Origin: Lepidodermella squamata | Taxonomy: Eukaryota; Animalia; Gastrotricha | Direction: 5' to 3' | Assembly: GCA_047495785.1 (NCBI GenBank) | Contig: JBLDXI010000043.1 | Location: 434,001-498,000 of the forward strand | DNA length: 64,000 nt | In this document: positions 62,701 to 64,000 of the stretch, one piece after another | How positions within the stretch are numbered: the first letter of the stretch is position 1 | Layout of the letters: the number at the start of each line of letters is the position of its first letter | Notes under the pieces: generated by a model | Told to the model about the DNA's origin: nothing | The model's input: only the letters and a program-made list of their open reading frames with translations | Database searches by the model: none | Position numbers and translations under genes: made by a program

Positions 62701-64000
62701 AGATCGTCGACCTCAGACTTGAGCTGGGCCTTCTCCTTCTCGACCTTCTGGCGGTTCTTGTTCGCGGCATCAACAGCCTCGGTCAACTCGTTGACAGCGT
62801 CCTGGTTCTTCTTACGAAGAGCGGCCAGGGCCTGTTCGCTCTGCAGGCGCTGCTCGTCGGCGTCGTGGCGCAGCTTGGCGAGTTCCTGCTCGCGGCGCTT
62901 GTTCAGGTCGGCCTGGGCAGCAGTGGCACCGCCGGCCTCGTCCAAACGCACGCTCAGGTCCTCGAGTTCGCGCTGCAGTTCGGCGCGCTGCTTCTCGACC
63001 TGATTTTAATCGAAAAAAATTATATTAAACAATCATCATTTTCATCGATTTCACATTTCAATCAAAAGCAATTTAGTCGGAGACAAATTTGCAATATTCG
63101 CGAAAAACGCCTTTGCGAACAATCAGCATTAGTGCGCGCGCATTCAATAAAATCACTTCAGTGCGCACGCTCATTACGCGCGTAATAATTGCCGCGCACT
63201 CTCATTGGTCGCAATAAGTGCGCGCACAAACGAATAGCAATAAAACTAGCAAATTTAATGAGTCCGCGCACTAATGCCACGAAATTGAGCATAAATGAAT
63301 ATGCAAATTGAGCGCGCAGAATAATACGCTGAATAACTTTATTAATGGGGCTGATTTATGGGGAGTTGCAGTGATCGCGGTCTTCTGGACTTTTTGTTAT
63401 GAGAGTGTGATAAGTTACCTTGACGCGGTTGCCGCGCTCAGCCTCGAGTTCTTCCTCGAGCTCGTCGATGCGGCGCTGCTGGTCCTTGATCTTCTTCTGC
63501 AGCTGCGCGATGAGCGAGGCGTCCTCCTCGAGCTTTCCGTTCAAGTTGTTAATGTCGCCGTCACGCTTGCGAACGACGTCCTCGAGCTCGTGGCGCACGC
63601 GCTCCAGCTCGGCGACGGCGTCCTGGGTGACCTTGAGGTCGCCCTCCAGCTTGCGCTTCGCCTTCTCAACATCGCCGCGGATCTTCTTCTCGCGGTTCAG
63701 GTTCTCTTCCAGCTCGTCGAGGGCAGCCTCCAACTTCTGCTTGGTCTTGCCAAGTTGGCTAACCTAAAATAACGAAAAGACAGAAATGAGAATTTTTCAT
63801 TTTCATTCAAAAAACGTAAAAAAATTGAATTTTAAATTTAAAAAAATTTCTGAAATTGTGTGAAAATCTTAAAAATGCTTACCTTGTCCTCTTCGGCCTG
63901 GAGATCGGACTGGGTCTTCTTGAGGTTCTCCTCGAGCGACTTCTTCTCCTTGGACAGCTTGGCAACCGCCTGGTCCTGGCCGGCGAGGTCGTCCTGCAGC
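59726..64000 (-). CDS. Mhc: Muscle myosin II heavy chain, rod/LMM region (5' part beyond the window)
   Basis: Eight exons encoding LQAEEDK, EKKIRGDVEKAKRKLEGDLK, RLDEAGGATAAQ, RRENKNLSDEI, KLKVYKRQVEEAEE, NLAKYRK. These are conserved striated-type myosin rod motifs. Confidence 0.95.
60330..60625. repeat. ATCGAT/ATTGAT-rich low-complexity intron
   Basis: At least nine ATCGAT hexamers plus GATTGAT variants in about 300 nt. Confidence 0.7.
61396..61540. repeat. Tandem (AATTTGCATA)-like repeat containing seven octamer motifs
   Basis: ATTTGCAT at 61396, 61406, 61416, 61472, 61500, 61519 and 61529. Confidence 0.75.

Noticed and set aside
59674-63772. Numerous long plus-strand ORFs (for example 59702..60364, 60812..61405, 62571..63185)
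   Set aside because: Antisense shadows of GC-rich myosin exons. They coincide with the exons and have Leu/Ser-biased composition.
59726-64000. Paramyosin
   Set aside because: The sequence includes the LQAEEDK and EKKIRGDVEKAKRKLEGDLK region of the myosin S2 rod, upstream of where paramyosin homology begins.

Overview
Eukaryotic, intron-rich DNA from an invertebrate animal (AT-rich GT-AG introns, many about 50 nt, GC-richer exons). The ORF track misses most real gene structures, so exon models were rebuilt by hand from splice sites and reading-frame phase. Bases 1-55.3 kb are a locally duplicated gene cluster with four families. (i) Three copies of a signal peptide-ankyrin array-coiled-coil micro-exons-EGF-ankyrin gene: one 3' end at the window start, one frameshifted, one intact. 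The C-terminal ankyrin module differs between copies mainly at the ligand-binding positions. (ii) Two full copies plus fragments of a secreted astacin-EGF-CUB-kringle protein whose zinc-binding motif is replaced by YRFFF in both copies. (iii) One full polycystin-1-like receptor/channel (about 3241 aa), an in-frame internally deleted copy (about 590 aa) that stops at the GPS cleavage site, and a decayed 3' remnant. (iv) Three NEK-like kinases with different C-terminal modules, one of them a pseudogene. A trypsin-3xCCP protease and the 3' part of a muscle myosin II heavy chain follow. Several MITEs with TIRs and TSDs are visible, including a 31-bp hairpin with an 8-bp duplication inserted in frame at the start of the last polycystin transmembrane helix. 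No tRNA, rRNA or CRISPR array was recognised. All domain calls are by motif recognition, without database searches.
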